64,000 bases of DNA, from positions 65,906,001 to 65,970,000 of the forward strand of contig NC_043001.1 in NCBI RefSeq assembly GCF_006345805.1. Direction: 5' to 3'. The translations under genes were made by a program, and so were the position numbers. Below are positions 39,491 through 52,490 of this stretch, in pieces; positions within the stretch are counted from its first letter, which is position 1, and the number at the start of each line of letters is the position of its first letter. Under the pieces are notes generated by a model. That model did not search any database. It saw only the letters and a list, made by a program, of their open reading frames with translations, and was not told where the DNA came from. This DNA comes from Octopus sinensis. Lineage: Eukaryota.

Positions 39491-41589
39491 AGGTGGTAAG
39501 CAGACAGAATTGTTAGCACGCTGGGCAAAATGCTTAGCAACATGTCATCTGTCTTTATGCTCTGAGTGCAAATTCCCATGAGGTCGGCTTTGCTTTTCAT
39601 CCTTAAGTACCAATGAAACACTGGTCGATGAAATTGACTATCCCCCTCCTCCAAATTTCAGACCTTGTGCATATAGTAGAGAGAGATTATTGTTGTTGTT
39701 GTTATCGTTATCATTATTATCATCATAATAGACTCTTGTGATCCATGTTGGTCCTGGAATTAAGCAACAAACATGTAATCAAAAACGTTACATCCATGAC
39801 AATCTCATCTCCGTTTTCAATCATCTCGAGTTCCAGATCACGATCCTGCCAAGATCAATTTTCATCCCTCGAGGATCAATAAATTTAAAAGTTAATCAAC
39901 AACTGAGGTAAATTTAATTGGTGAACCCCTTCCTTCTAAATTTCAGGACGCGTACCTATGTTAGAAACATTTATGAATTATTATTCATTTTGGATGTGCA
40001 GGTGAAAAAGGAGTGGGGTCCATAGAAATAAAATACAGCAGCCGTCTTTCATCCTTTCCACATGGTCCAGTTGTAATATAATCTTTTATTTTATATATTC
40101 ATCGTTTCCATGATTGAAGGGTGAACATCATCCATAACAAAAAAATGTAGAACTGGAAGAATCATATTCCACCAGTTTCTTTATGCATGAAATGTAGAAT
40201 ATGTAGTTTCATGTCCGTTTTTCTTTTTTTTTTATCTGTTCCATGCATTTCTAGTCTGCTTACATAACCACGATTTATAGAATGTGAAAGTGATCCCTTA
40301 GGAAATGCTTCATTTAGCATGAGTTGTACTTCAAATATATATAAAAGAGAAAGCAATTCTAAACATGTTAAAGAACTTTCGTTTTGGCATGTAAAGATTT
40401 GGTTTTATATTTATTATAACAACAATAACATAATTCTCTCAGTTTTACGTTTCTTTACTGATGTAAGTCATAGCTTTGTGTGCAGATATGGCGGCAGATT
40501 AAAGGGTTTGCTTCTCAGCTATGTGGTTGCGAGTTCAATCTACAACACGGCACCTTAGGTATCTTCTGCTGTAGCCTCAGAACGACCAAAGTTTTGTTAG
40601 TGAAACTGGGTAGACAAAAACTTGTGAGAAAATTTTGCTGTTTGTAGTTGGATTGTAGATCTTATGTCTCCTTGCTTAGAATACAACCTCACCACCGATT
40701 AGTCCATTTGATAGAGTAAATTCTGTTACAAACTTTCAGATCAGGTTTCCGGTCAGGAATATTAGAGCCTTCCCTTTTCCTCGTTACCCTCCGGGTGGCG
40801 GAATCATGTTAAAACACACGGGTGCAATCCTAGTTTCTCTAATAAAGCCATAGGAAAATACCTAGTATTCATAATGGGTTTCTTTGTAGCAACGTCAATT
40901 TTGGATTTTGTTAGATGCTTTCTATAGAAACCAGTGTAAAGTGTTATACATTTACTTATTCATGCTCCAATCACTACGTCAGCAAATACGGTGGAATCCA
41001 GGTTTCATTCATGAAGTTATAATAAAGGTGAAACATACCTGGAGTTGTCTCCCGCATTTGGTCAAATAACTAAATTAATATTAGTTATTGGCTAATAATG
41101 TTTTTTTCTCATCACACAGTTGTTCCTAATTAATGTGTTAATGATTCCTACAACCACTATTTGAACAGAAGCCTAATAATATGTATATGTCGAGAAGTAG
41201 AGAAGAGAGAGAGAAAGAGAGAGAGAGAGACAGTAAGCAAGAAAAACAGTTTGAGGGAGAATATGAAGCTATATAATATGCGAAATTAATGAAACAGTTG
41301 AACCATTTTGTTCTGTCACATAAGGATGTTTAATAAAATACAAATTGATAATAATATAAAATGTGAATTTTTAATAAATTGTTACTTAATTTAAATGAAG
41401 CAAGTAATCAAAGAAAAGCACATTCTGTTAGTTTTAAGAACATATGTTTTCCAAATCAACATGAAATGAACCACATTCATCATGAAATGAATCCGAATTG
41501 TCAACATCAAACCAAATGAATGTAAAAAATATGTACCTAATGATTAACCTACATATTGATTCAAATTTTCGATTGTGCTATACATCGGG

Positions 41590-43388
41590 ACCATCACGTT
41601 TCAATGACCAGTAGTAATCCGCCATCATGCTGACATTCCATTTGCCCTGGTATCTGGTTTCCATGGTGTAAATGTCTTGATGGAACCGCTCTCCTTGTTC
41701 CTCATTGTAGTCCCCACAATTCTTAGGAAAATAATCAAGACGCGTGCAAAAAGTGCATCTTCACACTCATTCTAGACCCAAGATGTAGGAATCTTGATAT
41801 CAGATCAAGCATCATTTTTTCATATTCTGTGGAGAGGTTGTTTCCCAAGAAGCTCTAGACAATCTTCTTGAAGGAAAACTAGGCATTTACTCCGACACCT
41901 GCTAATGCTTCCTCAAAATCCTTGTCTCTCATCAATTCCCGAATCTGAGGACCAACAAAGATTCCTGCTTTTAGCTTGCCTTGAGGAAACTTTGTTTTCA
42001 GCTCCATTCTTCTTCAGGGCCTTCGCAAAATTTTTCATAAGCCCTAATTTGATGTGGAGTGGTGGCAGCAGAATTTTTGGGGGGTCAACTAGTGGCACAG
42101 CTTTAACGTTGTGATTTCCGAGTAAGAAGCTGGTTCTTGGTGGTCAGTCTTTTGCTCATAGTGCTGACTGTCTACCCTACTATCTCAAAGATACATAAAA
42201 CAGGGATACTTAGTTGAAGACCTGGTTGGAGAGCAATAACTTTTAAATGAGAAAATTGTGATTATGGTACTTGGTTGCAGTTATTACTCTCTTCATATTT
42301 TCATAAGTTTCTGGCATTTGGACTTTGTGACCAGTTGGCACAGATGCAGCTGTGTTGCCATTATAGAGTAGAATAGCCTTTAAATTTCTGTTAGAAGAAT
42401 CAATCAAGAGCATAAATTTATCTGCTTTATACGACATCCCCATGTGTTCAATAAGGCCAGAAATATTTGAACAGAGAACTAAAGAATCTTCTTAAAAGAA
42501 CTCAGTGAATTCCGCTTCACGATGATGGTACCAAGCGAATGTTGTTCCAGGAGATAGAAGCTTGTGTTCCTGCAGTCTAGAACCAAGTAACTGTGTACTT
42601 TCTTTTGGAATGTTAAGGTCTCTGACCAAGCCATTGAGCTCAACTTAGTTGAAGAATTTGGGATCATCATTTGTTGGTGGGTCATAGTCTACTTCCTTCT
42701 CATTAGTATCACTAGCATCAGACTCTGATGAAATTTCCCCTGCCTCAGGTGGCACAGGTGCAGGAATATCATCTGAGTGTGGAAAAGTCTTTATTGCTGA
42801 AGGAATATTTGGGTATATTATGCGATCTTTAGTCTTCTTGTTGAATCCAGCTCCTTTAGTCATACAAAAGTAGCAGTTATCATAGTGGTTCATTTGCTCC
42901 TGCCATACCATTGGTACTCCAAAGGGCATACATTTAAGTTTTCCAACTAGCCGTATTTGAAGCATACTGATGCAACTCCTGCAAGCTTTGTGAGGCGCAA
43001 ATGGCTTGTCCTAGTTTCCCAGTTTGCAGCCAAAATAAGCTAAATAGCAGCGCTTCAAAAAAGGAGTAATATTGCTCCGTGAATCTGAAGGGGTGAATTC
43101 CCTGCAGATATAGTAGAATATATCTGGTGAATTGATGCAGCCTCTTGACATATTCACAGACTGAAAATAAAGAAAAATATATTAGATTTAACATTTAAGT
43201 CAATATAAGGTAAGCATTTTAATTTATCATTTACTTGTGTTATACAAAAAGAGAAAAGTAACTTCTCCCTATAACGTGAAAACCTGATTTGATAGAAAAG
43301 AATAAAAAACACAATGGTTCATTATTTTTCATACATATTCAGAAAAAGATACCATGCAGCCAATAAAAAAAAATCATGCAGACGAGTG
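41590..43388 (-). mobile_element. Degraded DNA transposon, probably Chapaev3 (CMC group)
   Basis: MSRGCINSPDIFYYIC, PFGVPMVWQEQMNHYDNCYFC, LLIDSSNRNLKAILLYNGN, KILLPPLHIKLGLMK, EEQGERFHQDI..METRYQG. Right end reads ...gtg followed by tta. Family assignment is from memory of motifs; left terminus not found. Confidence 0.7.
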
Positions 43389-44040
43389 TTATTTATAAAT
43401 GGTGATTCAATAGTTGTCGATGATATTCTCGATATCGAGACCGACATATGTAATTTAATGTATTTAAGTTCGCCAGAAAACATTGCCATTGGCTACGCAG
43501 AACTTTATCATGCATATGCACAACACTCTCCTTTTTAGGGCTCAGTGTGGGTAAAAAGATCTGAACTTGAAGAACTGATGGGTTCGTATGACAGTGCTGA
43601 TGTGATCTAGTTGGTCATTCTGTATTAGATATCCTAAGATATAAGTTGTCCCCAGCCCAACCTATGGTATTGGTCTACACCGTGATCATGGATTAGGTAT
43701 ATCCTTTAGAAAATTAGGTCTCAAAATCACAGAAACCAGAAATCTCTCCAAAGTTAATTACTTACACCTTTATTGAGATCCCCGTACTATAATAATATCT
43801 TCGCCAACTGGCTTCAAAGGAAAGATAACTTAGAATTCTGCCAAAAACAATGAAGCCTAAAATAAACCTATATACTTTGCTCCCTCCTCGTCTCGCTTTC
43901 TTCTTGAACTTTAGGATAAACGTAGGTCGAAAATTATATATATATATATATATAACCATGTATATAATATATATATATATATACATACATACATAATACA
44001 TACATACATACATACATACAAGCATGCATACATACATACA

Positions 44041-44072
<32 letters not shown>

Positions 44073-44937
44073 CAATGGACAAACGTCTTTCGGCTACACA
44101 GAAAAACGGAAATAATTGTACAATTAAATCATAAATAAATAAAAAAGAGGGTCTTTCGACTATCAGATGAACGTAGTAAGCTTCTTTTTCTGTTGCACTG
44201 GCATTATTATTTCATAACGTTACATTCGTCCGATAGTCGAGAGACTCTTTCTGCTTATTTATTTGTATTCGTATATGTACAATTTCACCCCTTCTATTTT
44301 ATAGACGAAAGATGTTCTGTTGAACTTGTATGATTCTAGTTGTTTCGTTTTTGTTTCCGTTCTTGTTTCCGTTCATGTTTCCGTTCATTTCCGGGTCATT
44401 CGAAGCCTTTTATCCTCAGTCAAGAATCGGATCATCCTCGCAATTTCGGCTGATTAATCTTGAGATTGCTCCAATCTGGCCAGCTCCAAGGAAAAACTAA
44501 GCTAAGAGCATTAGATTCCTTGAAAAAAAGCATCGAATGTATACGATAGTTATATCTAAATGCAAAATCCTTTAGCCAGCCTCAGCACACAGGTGAACTA
44601 TTCCAAACCACAGTGGTTGCCAGTCCCTAAGTGAATGGTAATAAATCTATTACTAATATAGGATGAAATTTTTTTCAGAAAGAAATTTCATCAAAAAGTG
44701 GCAGCATATCAAAATACCTTTAAAGGCTAAAATTATAAACAACTTATAAACAAGGGCAAAAGAAAAATTATTTCCATGCCAATATGCTTCCCCAATGATA
44801 GCACGGCGTGTATTTATAGTGAGTGTATAATGATGTGGAAATTGACGATTTATAATTTTTCTTTTGCCTTTCTTTATAAGTTGTGTATATATATATACAC
44901 ATACATACATACATACATACATACATACATACATACA

Positions 44938-44971
<34 letters not shown>

Positions 44972-46069
44972 GAGGTTATGTAGAGGTTATAGATTTTATT
45001 GAAACTGAAATTATTTATATTATATATATATATCTATATATGGATAATTTGAAATGAATGAGATATCTTTTTTAATAAACTTTCCATTTTATTGTTGAGT
45101 GGAAAGGAAACAAAAACAAAACCTGTGTCACAATGAAAAGTAACCACCATATTTTTCATTGTCAGAGCAACATTCCTATTTATGAGCAATGATATATTTG
45201 TCCTTATATGTGTGCATGCGTGTGTGCGCGAGAGCGTATGTTGCTGTCATTGGCAGTAGTGTTTGTAGGGGTGCTGATGTTGGTGGTGGTGGTGGTGGTA
45301 AAAAGATAACAAACAAAAGATAACAAAATGGTGCTAATAAGACAATAGATAAAAGATGGAACACTAGAAGAACGAAGTTTGACAAGTACGGAATTAATTG
45401 AAAGCTTGAATATATGTGTATGTGCGCGCGCATAAGCCTTTGTGTCTGTGTTTGTCCTCTCCACCCCTCGTTTGATAACGGATTGAGGTGTATTTATGTC
45501 TCCGTTATTTAGTGATTCGTCAGAAAAACCGACAGAATAAGTACTGGGCTTTAAAAAATAAGTAGTGGGGTCGAATTACTCGACTAAAAATCTCCAAGTC
45601 GGTGCCCAGTATGACTGCTATCAAATGAATAAAACAAGTGAAAGATAGAAGATAAGAGATATATATAATACAAAAATGGGACGAGGACGTGAAACATCCA
45701 GACAGGTGAAACAAAAAAAAAAGGGAAAACAAAATATCCAGACAGACGATACAAGGAAAACAAGGACGGATAATTTGGAGTTTTCTATCCTCAGTCGAGT
45801 TCCAGATTATCTTTGCAATTTCGGCTGGTTATATTCGAGATTGCTCCAAAATGGCCAGCCCCAATGAAAAAATAAGCTAAGAGCATTACATTCCTTGGAA
45901 GAAAGCAGCGAATGTATAGGAAAACGTGGACGAAAAGAAAACAGAAATGTTACACAAATACAAATAACAAGACATAACAACGCGTGTCTTTCGACTAAGG
46001 ACGAATTAAATTAAGCTGGCGTGTGTGGAAGTAAAGCATATATATATATATATATATATTATTCTTTTT

Positions 46070-46258
46070 CTTTTACTTCTTTCAGTCATTTGACTGCAAC
46101 CATGATAGAGGACTACCTTTAGTCGAACAAATCGACCCCAGAACTTATTCTTTGTAAGCCTAGTATTTATTCTATCAATCCCTAAGTTACGGAGATGTAA
46201 ACATACCAACATCGGTTGTCAACCGATGTTGGGGGAACAAACACATACACACAAATAT

Positions 46259-46300
<42 letters not shown>

Positions 46301-46440
46301 GACGAGCTTCTTTCAGTTTCCGTCTACCAAATCCACTCACAAGGCTTTGGTCAGCCCGAGGCCATAGTAGAAGACACTTGTCCAAGGTGTCACGCAGCGG
46401 AGCTGAACACGGAACAATGTGATTGGGAGGCAATCTTCTT
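46070..46440 (-). mobile_element. SINE family B copy
   Basis: Reverse complement of 15901-16305. Confidence 0.8.
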
Positions 46441-46483
46441 AGCACACAACAATGACGCCACCCCGCTGGCTAAGCGAGCAGGC

Positions 46484-46499
<16 letters not shown>

Positions 46500-46533
<34 letters not shown>

Positions 46534-47317
46534 GGCATTGTCTGTCTGTGTGTCTGTGTGTCTGTCAGGTTGTACCCTCATCCTGACCACGGCTTTCAAC
46601 CGATTCTGATGAAACTTGACACACACGTAGCCCAATGTCATAATTCAAAACTAACGCAGCGAAAATTTTGAAAAGTTCCACCAGTTCTGAAAAAAAATCG
46701 ATAAATTCGACATGGGTCGAGAATCTAAGCTTTTTATACGTAACACATTTTCTACAGACTGTCTAGGGGACGCAACTCGACCTTTTTAACTCTCGGAACA
46801 CGTGGGTAAGTATCCCAAAATGTATAAAAATGTACAAAAACGGCAACAAAGCGGGCAGCAATGTGAGTGACAACAACGAAAAAGTCAAAAGTGACCAAAC
46901 TGAACAAACGAATGGAAAAGGTTTTTTGGTGCACACGACAAAAGCGGTTTATAATAAACAAAGAGTTTGCAAGTAGTGTTGGAGGACCCTTAGGGTACGT
47001 CAAAAATTTAAAGTAAAACTTTTGGGGTGGTAGTTATAAAGAAAGTTTAAACAAAAAAAGTATTCGAATAACTTGCGGCTGCAGCAGCTATTAGCAGAAG
47101 TGGCGGTGTTGGGGGTAAAGTCTCGAAAGTAATTCCTTCCTGGTAGGAATTGGTTGGGTTGAATTATCGATAGCTGTTTGATAGTTTGTGAGTGAAGAGA
47201 AGACATTGCAACTTACACATGCGCCTTCGTTCCCTAGAGGGAAAGGACTAGATTGGGATTAGTCGTTGCCTACTAGGGCCTCTTACATACCCGGGCAACG
47301 CCGGGCTATACTGCTAG
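46500..47317 (+). mobile_element. Non-autonomous Helitron
   Basis: 3' hairpin cccgg-gcaacg-ccggg (47290-47305) then CTAG (47314-47317) followed by T. 5' region has the tgtctgtctg...ccgattctgatgaaactt pattern. 5' TC end obscured by (TA)n. Confidence 0.75.
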
Positions 47318-47615
47318 TATATAATAAGAGTAAATAATAGCTTTAATGGTTTTTAAAAATCCAACAATTATTTACTGGTAGATTTCGGCATGTAAATATA
47401 ACCATCAACGTTCTATAAAAGTTCAATATATATTTTGTATATAAATAAAAGAGACAGGCAACAGGTTGCTTAGCCACATACCGAAAAAATTAGAAATAGC
47501 AGTCAAGGACTGTTTATTTCTATTTTCTACTAATGAGACTCCACATACGACATATCCCTGTAATTCACATATGCAAAACAGAAGGAAGAAATAACGAAAA
47601 CAAAGTCTAACGGTT

Positions 47616-47683
47616 ATTTACTAACGCGTTTCTAGATTAGGAATATAATAAAATATAAATTCCATGTCTTTCATCAGCGTAAA
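47616..47683 (-). ncRNA. Hammerhead ribozyme candidate next to a palindromic repeat
   Basis: gtttacg-CTGATGA-a-aga..ggaat(...)attcc..tct-a-GAAA-cgcg-TT-agtaaat: canonical core, palindromic ACGCGT stem III, stem I with one G-A mismatch. Confidence 0.55.
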
Positions 47684-47742
47684 CCTCCACTAAAATCGAT
47701 TTATCAAATGCTACGTACCTATGGAGATGTACTTGCATAGCT

Positions 47743-47860
47743 AAAATATTTTCGTCACTTTGAGACCGCGACCTGTTCACTGACAAAATTCCGCGGTGCA
47801 TCCGTGCACGGAATTTTGTCAGTGAACACGTCGCGGTTTCAAAGCGACGAAAATATTTTG
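47743..47860. repeat. Palindrome with ~50 bp arms
   Basis: aaaatattttcgtc.ctttga.accgcgac.tgttcactgacaaaattccg mirrored by cggaattttgtcagtgaaca.gtcgcggt.tcaaag.gacgaaaatatttt. Confidence 0.8.
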
Positions 47861-47951
47861 CCAAATTAAATTTCAATGCTGAAGTGAATATAACGGTTTT
47901 TGTGTGTTTTTGAATGGCTTATAAACATATAACCTTCCACGCTGCAACTGT

Positions 47952-48049
<98 letters not shown>

Positions 48050-48459
48050 CAGAGAGAAAGAGAGAGAAACAAATAGATAGGTATGCATATACACACATAC
48101 ATACATACACATAGACAGACGCATACACATACACATACACACGTCGTTGCTTTGCTTGTAAAAAAATCAAATCAGACAACTAAAAAGGAAGAACATACAG
48201 AAAAATCTAATCCCTTTTAATCATGGCCTTTATATATTTTCTGGATTGGTATGAACATAGAACTAAACAACAACAACAACAACAACAACAGCAACAGCAA
48301 CAACAACACTTACAGCAGTTTAAAACATTGGATAAATAATTGAATTTCAGAGAAAATCTCAATAATTCCTCGGTTTTACTGCATTTTTTTTACTGCTAAA
48401 AAAAAAAGAAAAAAATCAGAAATAAGTAGAATTTTGCTCCTTTTCCCCTCAATGTTTCA

Positions 48460-48950
48460 GTATGTAGAATCAATGAAATTTTATGTGGAAGGCTGTTCCA
48501 GGTGACAGCTGTGCAAGCGTTTATGAAAATAAGATGCCTGGTGGATGTTTTGTTGCTATTGTCTCGACTATTTACACTATTGGTGTGTAAGTAACATTGC
48601 TAAAAGAGGATTGTCAATGGTCATAAATTGAATGTGAAAAGCCTGTTATTTCATTCTAATTACTATTTGCCGGTTTTTGCAGAGTTCGTGTTATACTGAT
48701 TAAATATCAACACCATTTAGTTAACAGAGTTAACAAAGAAAGAGGCGAGTTGTTAACATATTAACTCCAGAGACCATTAAAAATCTAGACATATATAGTG
48801 AAGAGAGGAAAACCAATATTTGTCAATGACTAATATCTTCAGTGTTGTTTTAATAAGTGAGGGAGACAACATCAGTGACATTTCGACCATATTGTGACCT
48901 CATCAATGAAAGCCTAACTTTCACCATATTATCCAAAGTTGTGGTAATAA
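48460..48950 (-). mobile_element. Old CR1/L2-like LINE 3' remnant
   Basis: Only the VTWNSLP motif and weak upstream similarity are visible. Confidence 0.4.
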
Positions 48951-50026
48951 TAAATTAATAACTAATAAATAAATGAACAATATGGTATACTGTATGACTT
49001 AGACATGAGCATTGACCAAAATAATTCATGGAAAACATCATAGCGTCTCTCTTTTAATATTTGTTTCAAACTTAGTCACGAAACCAAGTTTTAGTGCTGT
49101 TGATTACTTCCCTTCCCTACTGTCTTACCATTTACCTTTCCTTTAATCCTTTCTCCCCATTTTTGTTTCGATATATTGTAAAATATATCGAAAATACTTT
49201 ATATTGTAAAACCTCCCAATGTATTAGTCTATTCTTCACTATTGTATGTCGGGTAGTGAACTGACACTGCTTTACTCACCTTATCACATACAAACTTAGA
49301 GAAAATATCATTACGGATTTTTGGTCATCTACCACATAGAATACTTTCAAAGAAATAGAGGATAGTAAAGAGTACTGTTTAAGGACCTCCAGGACATTCA
49401 CTTTTGTAATACAAAGAACACTTCTGAGAAAATATATATTTGTAATATAAACAAAAGGAAAAAGCAAGAAAAACTGGTGGAGGGAATACCCGAAGAAGAT
49501 CGACCTAGACGGCTAATTTATCATACTCAGAATGATTAAAGATTAGGTCGATCTAAAGATCTTTGACCATACACCATAAACTTACTTCACTAAATATAGC
49601 AGCTAATGCCTAAATTAACTAAATATGGTGAGTCATTTAATTGGGCACTCCACTTTTCCTATCCCTCTCCACATACAAAACTAACAGTAGTATAATTGAT
49701 AATTCCTTGTACTATCGACACCAAGCCAGAAACTAGTGGATTACATCAACACCTGTCCTCAATCGGTACTTACACTATCGATCCCGACCTTGGCAGCATT
49801 TGCACTCAGAATGTAAAGCCGAAAGAAATGCCACCAAGCATTTTGTCTATTACAAATATATTTTATAATCGATAAATGTTCGTGGATTAAAGATAAACAA
49901 ATTAGCAACACCATCAATAACCACCGTAACAACAGAATTATGAAGAAGTATCAGGGGAAATAATCATATGTAAGTAGGAACTTCGTTAACTACACTTTTT
50001 TAAACACACTTATGAATATTTGTACG

Positions 50027-50057
<31 letters not shown>

Positions 50058-50182
50058 CTTTCTTGTTTGGATTAACTATATATATATATATATAGGGAGA
50101 ATCCACAAAAAAACAAAAGACGGAGACAGGTGGTGTTGACAACAAACAGATGTATTAGTATAACTCTCGGGAAGTGAAAAAG

Positions 50183-50220
50183 TCTTTAACGTTTCGAGCC
50201 TACGCTCTTCCACAGAAAGA
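50183..50220 (-). ncRNA. Minimal hammerhead-like motif
   Basis: tcttt-CTGTGGA-a-gagc(gtag)gctc-GAAA-cg-TT-aaaga; one core substitution at position 6. Confidence 0.5.
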
Positions 50221-50365
50221 AACAAGGAGAGAAAATAAAGAATTTGTAGTGGCTAGCGATCTATCTATATATACAATTGTAAATATGCATACATACATAC
50301 ATGCATATGCACAACATACATATATATTGCGTACATGTATGTGTGTGTATGTGTGTATGTATATG

Positions 50366-50398
<33 letters not shown>

Positions 50399-50807
50399 GT
50401 ATATCTATCTATCTCATTCTCTATACTAAAATATATAAAACCTCTTAACATGAGAGAAAACCTCCCAGGGAGGATCAGGTCACTTTAGAACGAGGACCAC
50501 CCATAAATTCCGGCATAGTTTTTCCTCAGCTCTAGCCACCAGATGTAGCTTTAAGTAACATTCATGATACCAATGAACTTTTACGCGTAGGGGCTGCATT
50601 CATTAATTACAACTCTAAACCATTTTACATGTTCCCTAAAATAATATGAAAATTCTAATTTGTATTGTATTACAAAGGAAATATAGAATTAAGACAAATA
50701 AAGGTATTTTAATCAACAAAATACAAACAAAACAAAGAATCAGGTTTTAATTGATGACCATGTTCGCAATTTGTTTTATCATTGTGTGTGTGCGTGTGTG
50801 TGTGTGT

Positions 50808-50860
<53 letters not shown>

Positions 50861-51120
50861 TGTGTGTGTTTGAACAGTGTATCTCGAAGAACATATAAAG
50901 TTATAAATATGTAAATATCGGGTTGAGAAACCATTTTGGATAGAAAAAATCTACAGTTTCTTACTGGTAGATTTTGATCTGTGGAAGATTTCGCTACTAT
51001 TTCTTGTAAGTGGAATGTCTACATAGAGACTTGATCGTAGTTGTGATGATTATATACAGGACTTGCAAAATTATAAGTGTATGGATAAAATTGCTAGAGA
51101 ATAAGTTAAAACTATATATG

Positions 51121-51173
<53 letters not shown>

Positions 51174-51229
51174 CAGAAAAGAAGAATTTCGATTATCCCC
51201 ACGTGGTGAGTTGTAATGTATATAAGAAA

Positions 51230-52090
51230 TTAAAAAAGGAAAATACGCACACTTACATAGTTTTAATATAATTTTTAATATATCGACCGGTTTCGCTATC
51301 GCTATTCATGATATTATGTTTTACTTACTTGAATATATATTTTTTCTTAAGAAGAAATTTGGTCTATGTCGTGTGTGATGAAATTCAAGAGTGAATGACT
51401 TCACAAGTAAATACATAAAGGGAGGTAATTGGTTGTCGTTATTATTGTTATTGTTGTGGGTAAGGGAGATAACTGTTCAGCTTTCGGTAATGGGTGGGGA
51501 TTATATATGTGTACAGAACATAAACCTTGTTTAGTTGGGGATTTATGTACTGTAATGTGATCGTGAATTGAAATATGTAAAAATATAAAAGTTGGTTATG
51601 CGTGCATATTAAGACGTGTTTTGTATTTTTCAATGAAAAAAGTTTCTTTATTTAAACCTTCTAGTTGAGAGATTGCGTCTTTGCACTGGTAGAAAGGGAA
51701 GACTGTGAAATTTGGTTTGATGTTACCTGCACATTTTTCTATATGTTCCCTGAGAGGAATTTGTATGTATTGTGGGAAACGGATTTGCTCCTTATGTAGA
51801 GTGGTTCTCTTTCTCAAGGTCATACTCGTTTGTCCAACCAATGTACTGGTGTCCGCAACCCGAGCAGGTTATTACATAAATCAGGTTCTCAGAGGCACAG
51901 GTGAAACTAGTTTTAATTGTGAACCTCTGTCCTTGTTTGAAAAGGAAATCCGAGCCTTCAAGCAGGTTGGGGCAGGTTCCACACTTTGGGCGTCCACATT
52001 TTTCAACCGTTGGTTTCGTGGTTGTTTTGTAAAGCTTCGCATTTGTTAGTAGTCTCTTTAGAGATTTGTCTTGTTTTTTGCATTTGATGG
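51230..52090 (-). mobile_element. Penelope-like element 3' fragment (GIY-YIG) related to 21948-24420
   Basis: KSLKRLLTNAKL...CGRPKCGTCPNLLEGS...CASENLIYVITCSGCGHQYIG. Degenerate hammerhead atatc-ATGAATA-gc(gata)gc-GAAA-ccgg-TC-gatat at 51280-51314. Confidence 0.88.
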
Positions 52091-52354
52091 TATATATATA
52101 TATATATATATACAAGATAAGAAAATGGAGAAATACATCTAAATCAAATATCAATTACCAGATAATACTCAATCACATATTTTATTAAACCACCACATAA
52201 GAGACTGTAGGGTTAAATATAAAAAGCAGAACAAATCAGTGTACATAAGGGAATGTACATAAAAAGGTGTACATAAAAGAGTAATGTTGTATAATAAGTA
52301 GAATATATATAAAAGAGAATATAAATATAAGTAAATATAAATATAAGTATAGAT

Positions 52355-52490
52355 TACATCTTACAGCTGTTTCGGCCATGTAGATAAGTATGTCTCATTT
52401 TACCAATATTAGCCCTTTATGGTTGGTCAATATATAGATATAAATGAGACATTTACAAAAATATCATAAGGCCTCTTCGGAGATTATGTA
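52355..52490 (-). ncRNA. Hammerhead ribozyme candidate with a ~100 nt stem II
   Basis: tacataatct-CCGAAGA-ggcc...[atgtctcattt/aaatgagacat hairpin]...ggcc-GAAA-cagctg-TA-agatgta. Confidence 0.65.
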
